Part shown: positions 50,676 through 62,778 of the stretch, one piece after another | How the letters are laid out: every line of letters begins with the position of its first letter | Numbering within the stretch: position 1 is the first letter of the stretch | From: Seison nebaliae | Taxonomy: Eukaryota | Direction: 5' to 3' | DNA length: 64,000 nt | Assembly: GCA_023231475.1 (NCBI GenBank) | Contig: JALJEE010000685.1 | Span: forward strand, 1 to 64,000 | Notes under the pieces: generated by a model | What the model was told of the DNA's origin: nothing | What the model saw: only the letters and a program-made list of their open reading frames with translations | Database searches by the model: none | Translations under genes and position numbers: made by a program

Positions 50676-53600
50676 TCATAATAAATCTTGTTTTCCTTCT
50701 TCCTCGAAGATGGCCCAAGAGTCATTCAGCTGCATAAAAATACCTCTAGCTAACTCTTCATGTTCACTTCCAATCATCTAAAAATGAAAATGAAATTTTA
50801 ATGAAATAATAAATAAAATAAATTAATAACTTTGTCAGGATGTACTGATAAAACGGCTTTCCTGTAAAATTTTTTCACTTGTTGAACTGTAATCAGATCG
50901 CCCATAGTGATAGGTTTCCATCTTTGTTCTCCATCCCACAACACTTCATGTAAGGAGCAAAGTAGAGCTCTAATATTTTTCTCTTTTTCTTGAGACCAAT
51001 TCATTATTTTAATATCATTCTCTGACATTCCCCGTGATTGATTCTCCAATTTTTTGTCATTTAATGTTTTCGGTTTCTCCTCATTCTTCTTATTTCTGTT
51101 GTCTAACGAAAAATCCCATTGATTGAAGTTATCAAAAAAGTTATTGGATGTATCTTCCTTCTGTTTTTCAGTTTTCTTCATTTGAGGTCTCGATTGTGAT
51201 GGTGGTGGTGGTATTGGTGGTGATGGTTGTGCCGTTGGGATGGTCTTTCTTTTTTCGGAAATATTCGTAGTTGGTATTTCATTTACCGATTTCGTAAAAT
51301 CAGGAAAGAAATTAAGAAGATCATCATTAGGTGGTGACGTCTTCGTCGGTGCTGTGTTTTGGGGTTTAGTTAAGTTGTTTGGAATATCAAATGTCAAAGT
51401 ATCAAAATCGACATTAGAATTATATTTTTTTTGCTCTGGTTGAGAATCGGTTACAAAACTAAAGATGTCATTCATATCTTGTTCACTCGAATTTTTCAAT
51501 GTAATTGCTGAATTTCTATCATTGTTTTGTAATGAATCATTTAATTCTAATAATCTCTCTTCATCTTCATTCGTTTTACATTCTGATTTTGGTTGAAACG
51601 ATTCTTCTTCATCTCTCGAACTGCCCAAATTCAATAAGGAACTTTCAGCAGATAATTCCTTTTCTTTCATTCCGTTTGATGGTTGTGTACCGTTAACATA
51701 TAAATGAGAGAAATCGCCAATGAAATTATTTTGGATATTTCTAATATCTTAAAAGGACAATTTAAATAAGAAAATTTATTAAAATAAAATGAAACTTGAA
51801 TTTATATCATTTGTTTGTAGTTTCATTGCTTGTACCCATTTCTTACTGTTGTCAGGACTCAATGTGACAAATGATTGTTGATTTTGATTCAAATCGAAAA
51901 GAAGTGTAAATTCTTTAATTTGTTGAGGTGGCACTCGACAAATATCTAAGTCTTTCCTATAACCGGAATATGAATTTGATAATAATGAATGAAGATATTA
52001 ACGCTAAAATTGAATATTCAACAACTCGATCCATTTTCAAAGGAAGAAAAGCAGTATAGAAACGAATTCGACATATTTCCATCGGAATCAATCGACCGAA
52101 TTGCATCCGAGCATGATTAATAGCAACAGTAATATTTCCATAAAGACGAACATTATTTACAAATCTTATTATGATTTCATTATCATCATTATAATTAAAT
52201 TGTGTGACTGATGCAATCGAATTATCAATCTCTTCAAAATCTTGTGAAATAACAGCATACGGTTTACATCCCGTTTGTAATTTATTCATCAAAGGAATTC
52301 CACCAATTCTTATTTGTCTTAAATGAAGAACACCGAGTGCCACACCTGATGTATCGGTTGGCAATCGAATTAATTGATTTGATGAGAATTGAGGCGACTT
52401 TAATTTGAATAAATAATCGACAAATCTAAAAATGGAAAATGAAAGAGAGAAAAAAGAGGAAGCGAACCTTCTAATTAAGGTATTGAAACTGATTGGGAAT
52501 GTTAATTTGGAATTTCTTTTCCTCAATTCAATTAAATGATTCATAAGAATCTCGACAGAATAAAATTGTTGTGTAAAGACTAGAATTCCGGCAGAGATCA
52601 AATTAACAATGCAATCTGTAATCAGCGAATAAATGCCTGCACTGGTTAGAATGATGGTGGAATTGTTATTTTTCAATTGATATCGTGTCAAATTCATGAC
52701 GATTTTTAAGAATTTGGAAAAATCGGGAATGTCGTCCGATTCGTTTAAAAGATATGTTTGAAATTTAATTGAATTATTTATACAATTCTCATCGATGGAA
52801 ATACAAGAATGATTCGTATAAATATTTGCCACAAATAATTTTTCACAATCCACTATTTTCATTAATTCATTCAATTCTTCTTTACATTGACGTTCCAACA
52901 TATCTTTCTGCATATGTGTTGTGTTCGTTTGATAATTAATGATTGATTGTGTCTTATCCAATTTCATTTGGTAATCGGGAGCAGAATTAAAAAGAATGAA
53001 TGATTGTAAATTAAATAAATTATCATTGATCTTATATAATGAAGTGGTGACATGGGAATCTCTCACTGGTGCATTATGACCAGATGAATTGAATGATGCT
53101 CCCGATGTATCCATTACATTCTTTAAATTTTCAGTAATTGTTGAAGTGAATTTGTTGGCTAAATTAAATAAATTGAATTGTTGGGAATTGTTGTTATCAT
53201 CAAAATTATTTTCAGAATGATGAATCTGTTGTTGTTGTTGTTGATGTTGATGTGGAGGAGGTGGAGGTGGAGAAGATTGTCGATTATTATGTGAAAATAA
53301 TGAATCAGATGATGGATTATTATTTGATGGTAATGGATAATCGACATCAGTGGAATTATAATTATCGATTGGTATCTTCCTCAAATAATTCTCTATTGAA
53401 TCGATCGTTTGACCAGGCTGTAAATGAACAATCTCTTTGATATGATTCGTTTGTAAAATGTTCATTATATCGAAAATTGATGGTCGATCATTCGGATTAT
53501 TATTCAATAACTTTCTAATTAATAATGATAAATATTTATCACAGTTACTTGGTAATTGATAATTACCATTAATGATAGCTAATCGCGAACTATCCGGAAA

Positions 53601-54413
53601 TGGATGTTCACCAATTGTCAAATTGAATAAGATACATCCTAGACACCATACGTCCAATTTCGGACCAATTGAATAATTCAAATAAAGGTCGACTAATTCA
53701 GGTGGTCGATACATGGGCGTCGTTCTCTCATTCAATTCATCTTCCACCATATCTCGTTCACTCGCTGTCCATTCTTCATTGACGTCATAAGTTTTCGTTG
53801 AACATGAACCGAAATCACATAATTTTACTATGGCCGATTTGGAAATGAGAATATTCTGAATCTTTAAATCATAATGAACGATCTTCAATTGATGTAATAC
53901 TGAAACGGCTGAAGATATTTGGAAGAATATCTTCAAAGTATCTACCACCGTCAATTGGAGATTTGAGAGATGTTGATCGATCGATCCAAATGGAAGATAT
54001 TCCATCGCTATAAAATATTCCATTCGAAAGTTATGATCATCCTTCATGAGAGAATTTCCGATAAATTGAACAATATGATGCGATTTCCCCATAATTAATT
54101 TCATGACGTTTATTTCATTTTCAATTTCCGATTTCTTCCTCTTATCATTCAACGGAGTTAACATCCGTTTAATGGCGACATCTTTCTGTGATTGGAGTTC
54201 GGTGGCAATGAAAATAATTGAGAATCCACCTTCAGCAAATCCTTCATTCAATCGATATTTTACATGACTGATATCGATCACTCTTCCAATTTCGCTTTGG
54301 CCGATCACATTAGATATTGGTGAAGTGACATTGGTAGAAAGATTTGATGTTGGAATGGTATTTTGTATTCCAAAATTGTTGACGGCTGATTTTAGATTGT
54401 TGAGGAAATTCAT
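50676..54413 (-). CDS. GAK: Cyclin G-associated kinase / auxilin (NAK kinase, degenerate PTEN-like, C2, J domain)
   Basis: Kinase motifs [26 protein letters not shown] and [10 protein letters not shown]2 [15 protein letters not shown]; auxilin J-domain [39 protein letters not shown]. Four GTT introns. Confidence 0.95.
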
Positions 54414-55336
54414 TTTTAAAAAAATAATTTTTTTTGACTAGAACTTGTCGAGAAAGACTTAATAAAATTTATTATTTTGATCAAATATTAATGGAATTTG
54501 CTAGTAGATATATTCTCTATATATTCTTGATAATGATGAAGAAGAAAAGTAATTATGATAAAAATATCATTTGGTAAGAATGATTAAGCTCATCATTTCT
54601 CTAAAGTGAATGGAAAGAAGGGAATAAGTCAAATTTCTTCTTTTTCTATCCCAAAAAAAAATTGTAAATGAATTTCCCTTTTAATACAAATCAAATTTAA
54701 CAAATTCAATAGATTAAAAAATTTGTGAAAGTATTACTATTATTAAGGATCGACTTTACATTTATGTCATAACCTTTTCCAAATTAGTTCGCTCTTTTCT
54801 ATCTTTTCACTCCGCCTCCAACAAACAGAACGAACATGTGACTAAATAATTTTACATTTTTCTCCCGCTACATTTAACTTCAAACAACGTAAAATTAATG
54901 TCTCCCCCCATTCGACAACTGTTGTCCGAATGATAAATGACAATAAAAAGAAGAATGGAGAATGATAGAAATCTTACAATCTTAGTTGTTAGTAGAAAAA
55001 AAAGTTTAATCATATTTACTTTATTCAAAACAAAAAGAATCTTTCAATTTTTTTCTCATTCAAATTCATCTTCTAATGCAAAAGAGACGATTATCAAAAA
55101 GTTTTCATTACATTATTCCAAGAACATTTCTTTCAATGAAGAAGACAAGTATTATTATTTAATAATAATCTAAACATTTAACTGTTTGTTGACATGTGTG
55201 TATGAAGTGAAGGAGAAATTTCGAAAATTAATAATATTGTCAACATTAAATTATTATTGATTTATATAACAATTTGTTAAGTGAAATGAGTAAAATTAGG
55301 ATGATAAATACATTCAAATTTTTCGCTTCTTATTTA

Positions 55337-56162
55337 TTACGTTTTAAATAAAGCGAAAGCATCTTTGCCCATTGAACCGCGAACAGCAGCCCAAGTAAAT
55401 ATGGAGGCACCAATGACAAATAGAATGCCAATAGTAATTGTAATTCCGATGAGGAATCTCATTCGGAAAAGTTTTTTCTAAAACAATTCATAATTGTGAA
55501 TGTGTTGAAATAAAAGTAACTGTCGATTCTCGCTCAAGTATTCGTTGATATGTTGACTTGTTAATTCGTTCACCTCTCGCATTAGTAAATCGCAAATCGA
55601 AATTATCGCTGGTCTTATTCAGAGGAATATCTTTGAAGTTCTTTGTGGCTTGATTTTCTTTCTGAATTTGTTGCGCTACTGTTTTCATTTTGTTTTTCGA
55701 TACTTGCTCCATTTCTTTTTCTCTCTTCAATTTCGCTTTATTAGCCGAATTAACTAGTCGTTCATTTGGATATGGTTTGGGTGTTCTCACAATTGGCTTG
55801 GGCGTTGTCGATGTTGTCTTTACTGGTTCAACATAAGTTTCTTTCGAATCATCTACGACTATTTCACTTGGTAATTTATCTCTTTCTCGAGAAGCACTCA
55901 ATTGAATATCTCGTATGGTTAAAGTTGAGGGTGACGGTGAAATCATGTTTATCGGATCATTGTAAGATCGTAAAGCTACATCCGGTGTCCGTTTAGGTGT
56001 AACAGGCATCGATTTTTTCTTTAGTTGTTCGATAATTTTTTTCGTTTTTCTCGATGACGTTATCTGTGGTGTTTGGCACGTTTCAACTAAGGAATATTCC
56101 AACGGATTTGGAGCGTTCTCATCGTAACGGTAAGCAACATTGTTAGTCTTTTGAATCGACAT
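55337..56162 (-). CDS. Hypothetical tail-anchored membrane protein
   Basis: ORF 55488-56162 plus a GTTACT..TAG intron into a final exon KKLFRMRFLIGITITIGILFVIGASIFTWAAVRGSMGKDAFALFKT* (single C-terminal TM). Confidence 0.75.
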
Positions 56163-56471
56163 TGGTATAAAATGAAACTAATAAAACTTTTTTAAATGAA
56201 TGTTAAATAATTTTTTATTGAGAAATATCGATAGAAAATCTACGCTTCAGGCAAATTTCTCTTGTTATTCTTCTCTACTTACTCCTTCTTTGGTAAAATT
56301 TATGCGATATCATAATTCATTCTCCCAAAACTTATTAGTATGACATTTTGTTTTAATATGAAATTATAATTACCAATTTCGCTACACAATCTTTATTTTA
56401 TTATTAATATAACTTTTATAATTTATCAAATAATTTAATGTTTTTCATGTGATCAAAATATAGTTCAAAAA

Positions 56472-57523
56472 TCAAATTGATTCGTTTTCGTTCAAAGTAT
56501 CATATTTGCTTATTCCTGCTGGTGCGAAATCTGGAGTCATCGCCACAATGCCTAAGACTACTATGTTAACGGAAAAAATGGTTCCTATCACTAATGCTGG
56601 AACGAAATCTCGGTATATTATTGTATTACGAAATTTTACCCAACAGCCAATTATTGGTAGGCTTTTTCTGAAACATAACCTCTTATTAGGAACGTCATAA
56701 AGGTCAAGGTCGGAAAATGGAGTATCCCATTCCACATTACTCTAATTATTGATTGAAATCCAATAAATTAAATGTTAAAAAAAAATTAACAAATTTTTCG
56801 TAACAACAAGAAAACGGATACTCTTGTTCAATATATTGTCGACCCCATTCAGTTTTAAACTTTGACCAATCGTCACTTGATTGCCATCCACAACATCGAT
56901 ACTAGAATTCCTAAATGAAACTTAAAATGTACTATGAAATGAAACTTTGTATTGCACGCGATGCATTCGCTCGAGATATGGTTTGTCTTTTGTTCTACTA
57001 TTCATTGTTTGTGTCCTTTTCATCCAATAGTTCACTATTAAATTCTCCACAGCGAAATATAAATTCTGATGAATTCGAGGAACTGAAAAGTACATTACCA
57101 TTAACAATAAAGATTGTCCTAAGATATAAATTGCCGCCTTCAATTATCGTTATGGTTCGAATATTAAAGTAGAAATAAATAAGAACTTTAAAAAATTTAC
57201 GTTGTTTCAATTTTCTACCAATAAACCACATGATGAAAGCCAACATCAAGGAATAACTAAGAATAAGACAAAGATGGATGTGTAATGAAGGTACATTATC
57301 TAATCGTTTATAATCGATGTCGATAAGGTCTAATACTCGTTTGGTTGGAGAAAAGACGAATACGTAAGAATGATAAAGGAAGACTAGTATAGAAAGCACC
57401 TTAACAATTCATTATTTTGTTGAGATAATTTTCAGATTTTCTTATAAAAACTCTAACAGATAGCCCAAAATATAACCAAGCACCTGCGTTTACTATCAAC
57501 CTCCCTTTCTTATTCAGCATCAT
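56472..57523 (-). CDS. Divergent tetraspanin
   Basis: Four GTT introns join four hydrophobic helices. The EC2 loop carries QYKYRCCGW..DW, YPFSCC and IGC before TM4. Confidence 0.85.
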
Positions 57524-57690
57524 TTGGAATTGCTAAATTTCCGGTTCGGAAGAAAATAATTTTAACGAAATTAAATGGAACCGAAGTTAAATGAAAATTA
57601 AATTAAGGAAAAAAGGCGAAAATTTATTATGTAAATCAAACAAAAGATTTTTAACGACTTCATATCATTTGTTTGTTTGTTGAAGTTTGT

Positions 57691-58050
57691 TCATTTTAGA
57701 CTACTATATTTGGTAACAGCTTTGGTTCCTTCGGAGACGGCATGCTTAGCCAATTCACCCGGTAACAGCAAACGTACAGCTGTTTGAATTTCTCTTGAGG
57801 ATATGGTTGATCGTTTATTATAATGTGACAAACGAGATGATTCCTGAGCAATTCTCTCAAATATGTCATTCACAAACGAATTCATAATACTCATTGCTTT
57901 CGATGATATTCCGATATCCGGATGAACTTGTTTGAGAACCCGATAGACATATATTGAATATGTCTGCTTCCTCTTCTTACCTTTCTTCGGGATTGGTAAT
58001 GATGATCTGATAGCTTTCTTCGCCCCCTTGCTTGGAACTTTAGAATTCAT
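57691..58050 (-). CDS. H2B: Histone H2B (solitary, intronless)
   Basis: [68 protein letters not shown]. Confidence 0.98.
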   Translation of the reverse strand: MNSKVPSKGAKKAIRSSLPIPKKGKKRKQTYSIYVYRVLKQVHPDIGISSKAMSIMNSFVNDIFERIAQESSRLSHYNKRSTISSREIQTAVRLLLPGELAKHAVSEGTKAVTKYSSLK

Positions 58051-58128
58051 CTTTAAACTATAGTTGGTGGGAAATATTAAGGACTAAAATTAAATTTGTT
58101 ATATGACGAACAAAATGATAATGTTACG

Positions 58129-58174
58129 TTATATACTAATCATCTTTTTAATATGTTTCAAGGAGTTTGATTGG
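58129..58174 (-). promoter_or_regulatory. Putative TATA and CCAAT boxes of H2B
   Basis: Minus-strand TATATAA at 58129-58135 and CCAAT at 58170-58174, in typical order upstream of the ATG at 58050. The AT-rich background lowers specificity. Confidence 0.4.
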
Positions 58175-58550
58175 TTCATCGTATGACGAGTGATATTGAT
58201 GATAACATTTCATAATATTAGCTAAATTTTTGATTAGTCATCTAACTTGTAATTAGAATAAATTGTAAGTTCAAAGAGTGGAAACACTGAAATTTGAAAG
58301 AAAAAAAATTCAAAAACATGAATTTCAATTTTAAGATTTTGCAATATGTTGTAAATATAATAACAGATTGAAGATCGATATGAAAGAAATTTCAAAGTTT
58401 AAAAATTAATGATATTTATGACAAATAGAAAAGAGTGGATATACTTGCAAAATTTAATAAAATATTTAATTCTCTCTCGTATGAATATGTTTTTCCATCC
58501 AAATGATTTTACTTTTCATAGAATTGGGCACTGAACAACAATATTTCCCA

Positions 58551-59019
58551 TCACTTGCCAAAATGTCCGGAAGGAACGAATCTTTTACGTCCGAAATGTC
58601 CGTTTGGTATAAATCTTTTCCCAAAGTGGCCATTAGGCATGAATCGTTTGCCGAAGTGACCATTAGGCATGAATCTCTTACCAAAATGACCGTTAGGCAT
58701 AAATCGTTTACTCTCGATTATTTTGTCGATAATTGAATTATTCAATCTTTCCTTCAAACTTTCAATGTCTTTCAACAAATTATCGACTAATAGAAAATTG
58801 ATTTAATATGTAAAAATAATAGTTAAACTAACCATCATCCATTTCATCGTCGTCATTATTATCTCCAACGGCCGGTTCCAATGAGTTCAATAAATTCCCT
58901 TCTATATTATTGTTATTATCTTCAGTGGCACTACCAGAAATTAATGAATTACAATTGATAGAGGGAAGAATTATTGCTAAGAAACATATTGTTAATTTTG
59001 AATAGAAATGAAATTTCAT
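58551..59019 (-). CDS. Neuropeptide precursor: FMPNGHFamide x3, FIPNGHFamide, FVPSGHFamide
   Basis: Signal peptide MKFHFYSKLTICFLAIILPSINC, acidic spacer and one GTTAGT..TAG intron. Then five repeats bounded by basic cleavage sites, each ending in a Gly amidation donor. Confidence 0.93.
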
Positions 59020-62000
59020 TTTTTTCTGATAGATTTCTACAAGAAAAAGTAAAATTTGAATTAAACAAAAATTTTTACTCATTCTTCCGTTCTTCTATTG
59101 AGCACAATAAGAATAATCGGAAGAATGTTAACAATGAAAATTGGATGATGATGATGATGATGACGAAAAAAGAAAAAAGAAAAAATAAAAAGTATTTGTT
59201 TATCAAATTCTCGTTTATCATTCAACCGATTTTGAGGAAGATGAAAGTTTTCTGTTATGAAACATGATAAATGAGAAAATATAAGACTATTGCATACTTG
59301 ATGTTGTAATCAATTAAGATTTAAGAAGAAATTCTTGATAAGCGACAAATAGGAATGTCAAATAGAAAACTTCTCTTCTAATTTCATCAATTATACTTAA
59401 TTATAGTTTAGATAGATGCATTCCTTCATTGATAATTCATTCTTCTTATTGTTGATATTGTCATGAACATTGTCTATCATCAATAATGATAAATTCAAAA
59501 ACAATGTACATAGCTTCAACAGTTTTTATTGGAACTAATCTTCACTTCATCAATCATTCTTTGGAACAAATATTTCTGTTTTACTTGTCTGATAGACAGA
59601 TTGCTCAACTAAAACATAGTTAGATAGAAATCTGAAAATCTTCTTAAACAAACACTATATTCTGCCAATAACTTCCGCACACTCTTCAGTTCTCGTTATT
59701 CAATATTAATCATTGTCATTCATGAGGGAGACTCTCTTCATAAGAATGGGAAGTAGTCTCGCAAATTTATTGTATAATAATATTCTTAAATCTATCGAGA
59801 AAAACCTAAATTATAATTCATGGTTTCCAATTGATATTCTAATTATACTCTTCAAATGAGAAACTTATTCAGAATATCGTTTGAAGTTTCGAGAGTGTTA
59901 AATGAATTGTGGGTAACTCTCAAGTAATAATTATGTTGAAATGCAAGATTGATTGAGCAAATGCTAAATTGAAAATTTGGGAAAGTTGATAGATTTTTAT
60001 GCATTATATCTTTCGTTCTTTATTTATAGAAATAACAGGTAACTCTTGTTGATATTCCTCTGAAGGAATTGATAATGGAGACGTTAAATTTTGAAAGACA
60101 TGCAATCTTTATCAAAGGCAAATGGATATGAATTACTGATAACATGACTACAAGTTTACAGTCAAAATTAGTCAAATGGAAAATGGTGCAAACAAAACTT
60201 TTTTTAGACATCGGTTTGTTCAAAAATGTAACCAAAGTTTAAGATGTTTGATAAATTTTTAAAAAGAAAGATAGAATCCTAATTTAAGTCTATTATTATT
60301 TCTTTATCACTTAAAGGTGATAAATGGCTTTCTGAAGAATTTGGTTGCAACTAGTTTTTATTTTCCATAGTAACGTCGATGGTAACACTTAAATTGAAAT
60401 CGATAATAACTTTTGATATAACAGGACGAGTATGAAATAGTTGAAATACATCTATCGTATTATTTAAATATCAAAAAAAGGATAAACAAAGATGATCTAT
60501 TCTAGATAGTCCTAATATATTAGCAACTCAATGAGTTGAACTATTCTGAATATAATATTAATTTAATTTTGAAAAATGACTGAGGTTAGTTTAATCCAGG
60601 TGATTTACATATAAATATGAATTTGAATATGAATTAATTTTGAAGGTATATTCATCTCAAAGAGATCTGTTCCATTACAATATCGTACAACAATTACATG
60701 TTATCCCTCATATAGACTCTAGAATCTAGAGTCTAGATAATGATTAGATAATGTGGCATTTGTAGATGTATAATAGATATGATCTACAATAAGATGCTTT
60801 AAATTATGTTGAAGTGTATACGAATATATTACGGAAATAATGAAATATAATTTAGTGTTTAAAGTGCCTTATAATAAATTGTCCACTCATTTCATTTCAA
60901 GATTGATCTAACTTTTTCTCATTAAAATCATTGTGCATTTCCCGTCCAGGATGTTCTTATCAGGAAAATGGGAATTAAATTAATTGGCAATTGAACAAAT
61001 ACATAGAGGAAACATCGGAATTTAAATATTTTGAATATAGGATACGGGATATTCACCACGATTTATACAGGCTCTCAAAATTACTAAAACCTTAAACTTT
61101 TGGGTATTGTATTCTATTACGTTGAAAAATCTAATGTCTATCGAAAAAACCAATTAGCGGATATACCTAATATTTGGTAGCTGTACACAAAGAGTTTAAT
61201 TGGACAAATTTATGCCTAATTTTCCAAGATTAAGTTTTGTTCTTGTTATTACGTTCATATTGAGTTAATGAATTTCAAAATTATTTTACTTTCATTGGAA
61301 ATAAATTATTCGCCCAATGAAGAACGAATGTCATTTCCCATTTATATTTCTAATCAGTTCTTGTTCGTTTCATATCTTTTTAATAAATAATTAGATTTGT
61401 TTCGGCCAATTAGGGAATGTGGTATAATCAGCAGACACTGGTTTAATACTTATGTTCCTAGGATTAATAGAGTATCTTTCATTTATTCTTTCTGAAAATC
61501 TTTCTTATCGCGTCTTATAATCTTAAAATAATCAACGTAATTGCTAATATGTTCTTAAAAAAGGATTTTGAAATAATTTCCCATTAAACAAAGAAAAATG
61601 ACGAAAGGTCCGATATCTAGTTCGACTAAGAAAATTATAGGGATCTTAAGAAGAAACATCTAATTAAAAATAATTACACTCAATTATGTTCTAATAGAAT
61701 AATATGAACGAATAAACAGTTTTTTTCCTTTCTATTACCATTAAATTTTGGTAAAAAAAGAAAGAAAATCTTTATTTTTAAATTAATTTTCAAAGTTTCC
61801 ATAGATAAGGATATAAAGAATATTAGAAAAAAATTTCATAGCAATGGATTATGATTGTTCATAAAATTTCTGCTGGAAACATAAAAAAAGTTACTATCGA
61901 TATGAATCAAAACAATAATTATTGCTTAATTCTTGGACAGTGCAATAAAAACAATATTGTTTGGAGTGTTCATAAAAATAATAAATAATTCTTGATGGTA

Positions 62001-62778
62001 ACGCAATATGTTCCATCCAAAAAGGTGGTGTAACCAACAGTTGCACTTCATCTAACTATCGAATATTAATCAATATTTTAACTATTTCTACAAATTGAGC
62101 GACATCATCAACGATTAGATAAGATGTTACAATGATTGATGAATGATTAAAATACAAGTGACAAATAATTTTAAAGAATCGTCCTTCATGATTGTGTAAT
62201 TAATAAATATGATTTCCTGTAAACATTGATTTCAGTTATGAAATATTTGGGGACCATTATTGGTGACAAGACGGGTTTGATAATACATGATGGAAAGTAA
62301 GTGAGGGAGGAAAAAATTATTCAAAGTGAAAAATAAGAAAGAAAAATCTGTCATTAAATTGATAAGCTGAATGAATATGAAGATGCAATACGCATGGACT
62401 AAACTTGAATTAATCGATCAGTGGAATTGAGAAGGAGAAGGTGATTTGTTTGTTGTGATATGTAATTTAAGACAGGATTGCATTACTACTTGAATGCATA
62501 TCAAAGTAATAAATGTATATTAATGAAAATTATATTACTTTCGTGAAATTTCATATTATAATCTCATATGCAACATCATATTCTTCGAAATGCTTCAAAT
62601 TATTGTTGATGTTTTCTGTTATTTGTTGGCGGTGCACAATTTACTAATCAATAATTTATCGCTTGTATTTATTTGATTTAGAGGGTAATCTGGTTAATAA
62701 TAAGAATGATGAGTAATCAGAGAGAATTTGCTCAATGTTTATTCTTGTGAAAATAATATTTATCGAAATTAAAAAAAG

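Noticed and set aside
58466..58736. Overlapping repeat ORFs (SCLMVTS.. and VAIRHESF..)
   Set aside because: Alternative-frame and antisense shadows of the neuropeptide repeats.
59300..62700. Long AT-rich interval, including TCTAGA x3 near 60718-60737
   Set aside because: No supported ORF, RNA or element. The short repeat is compatible with chance or slippage.
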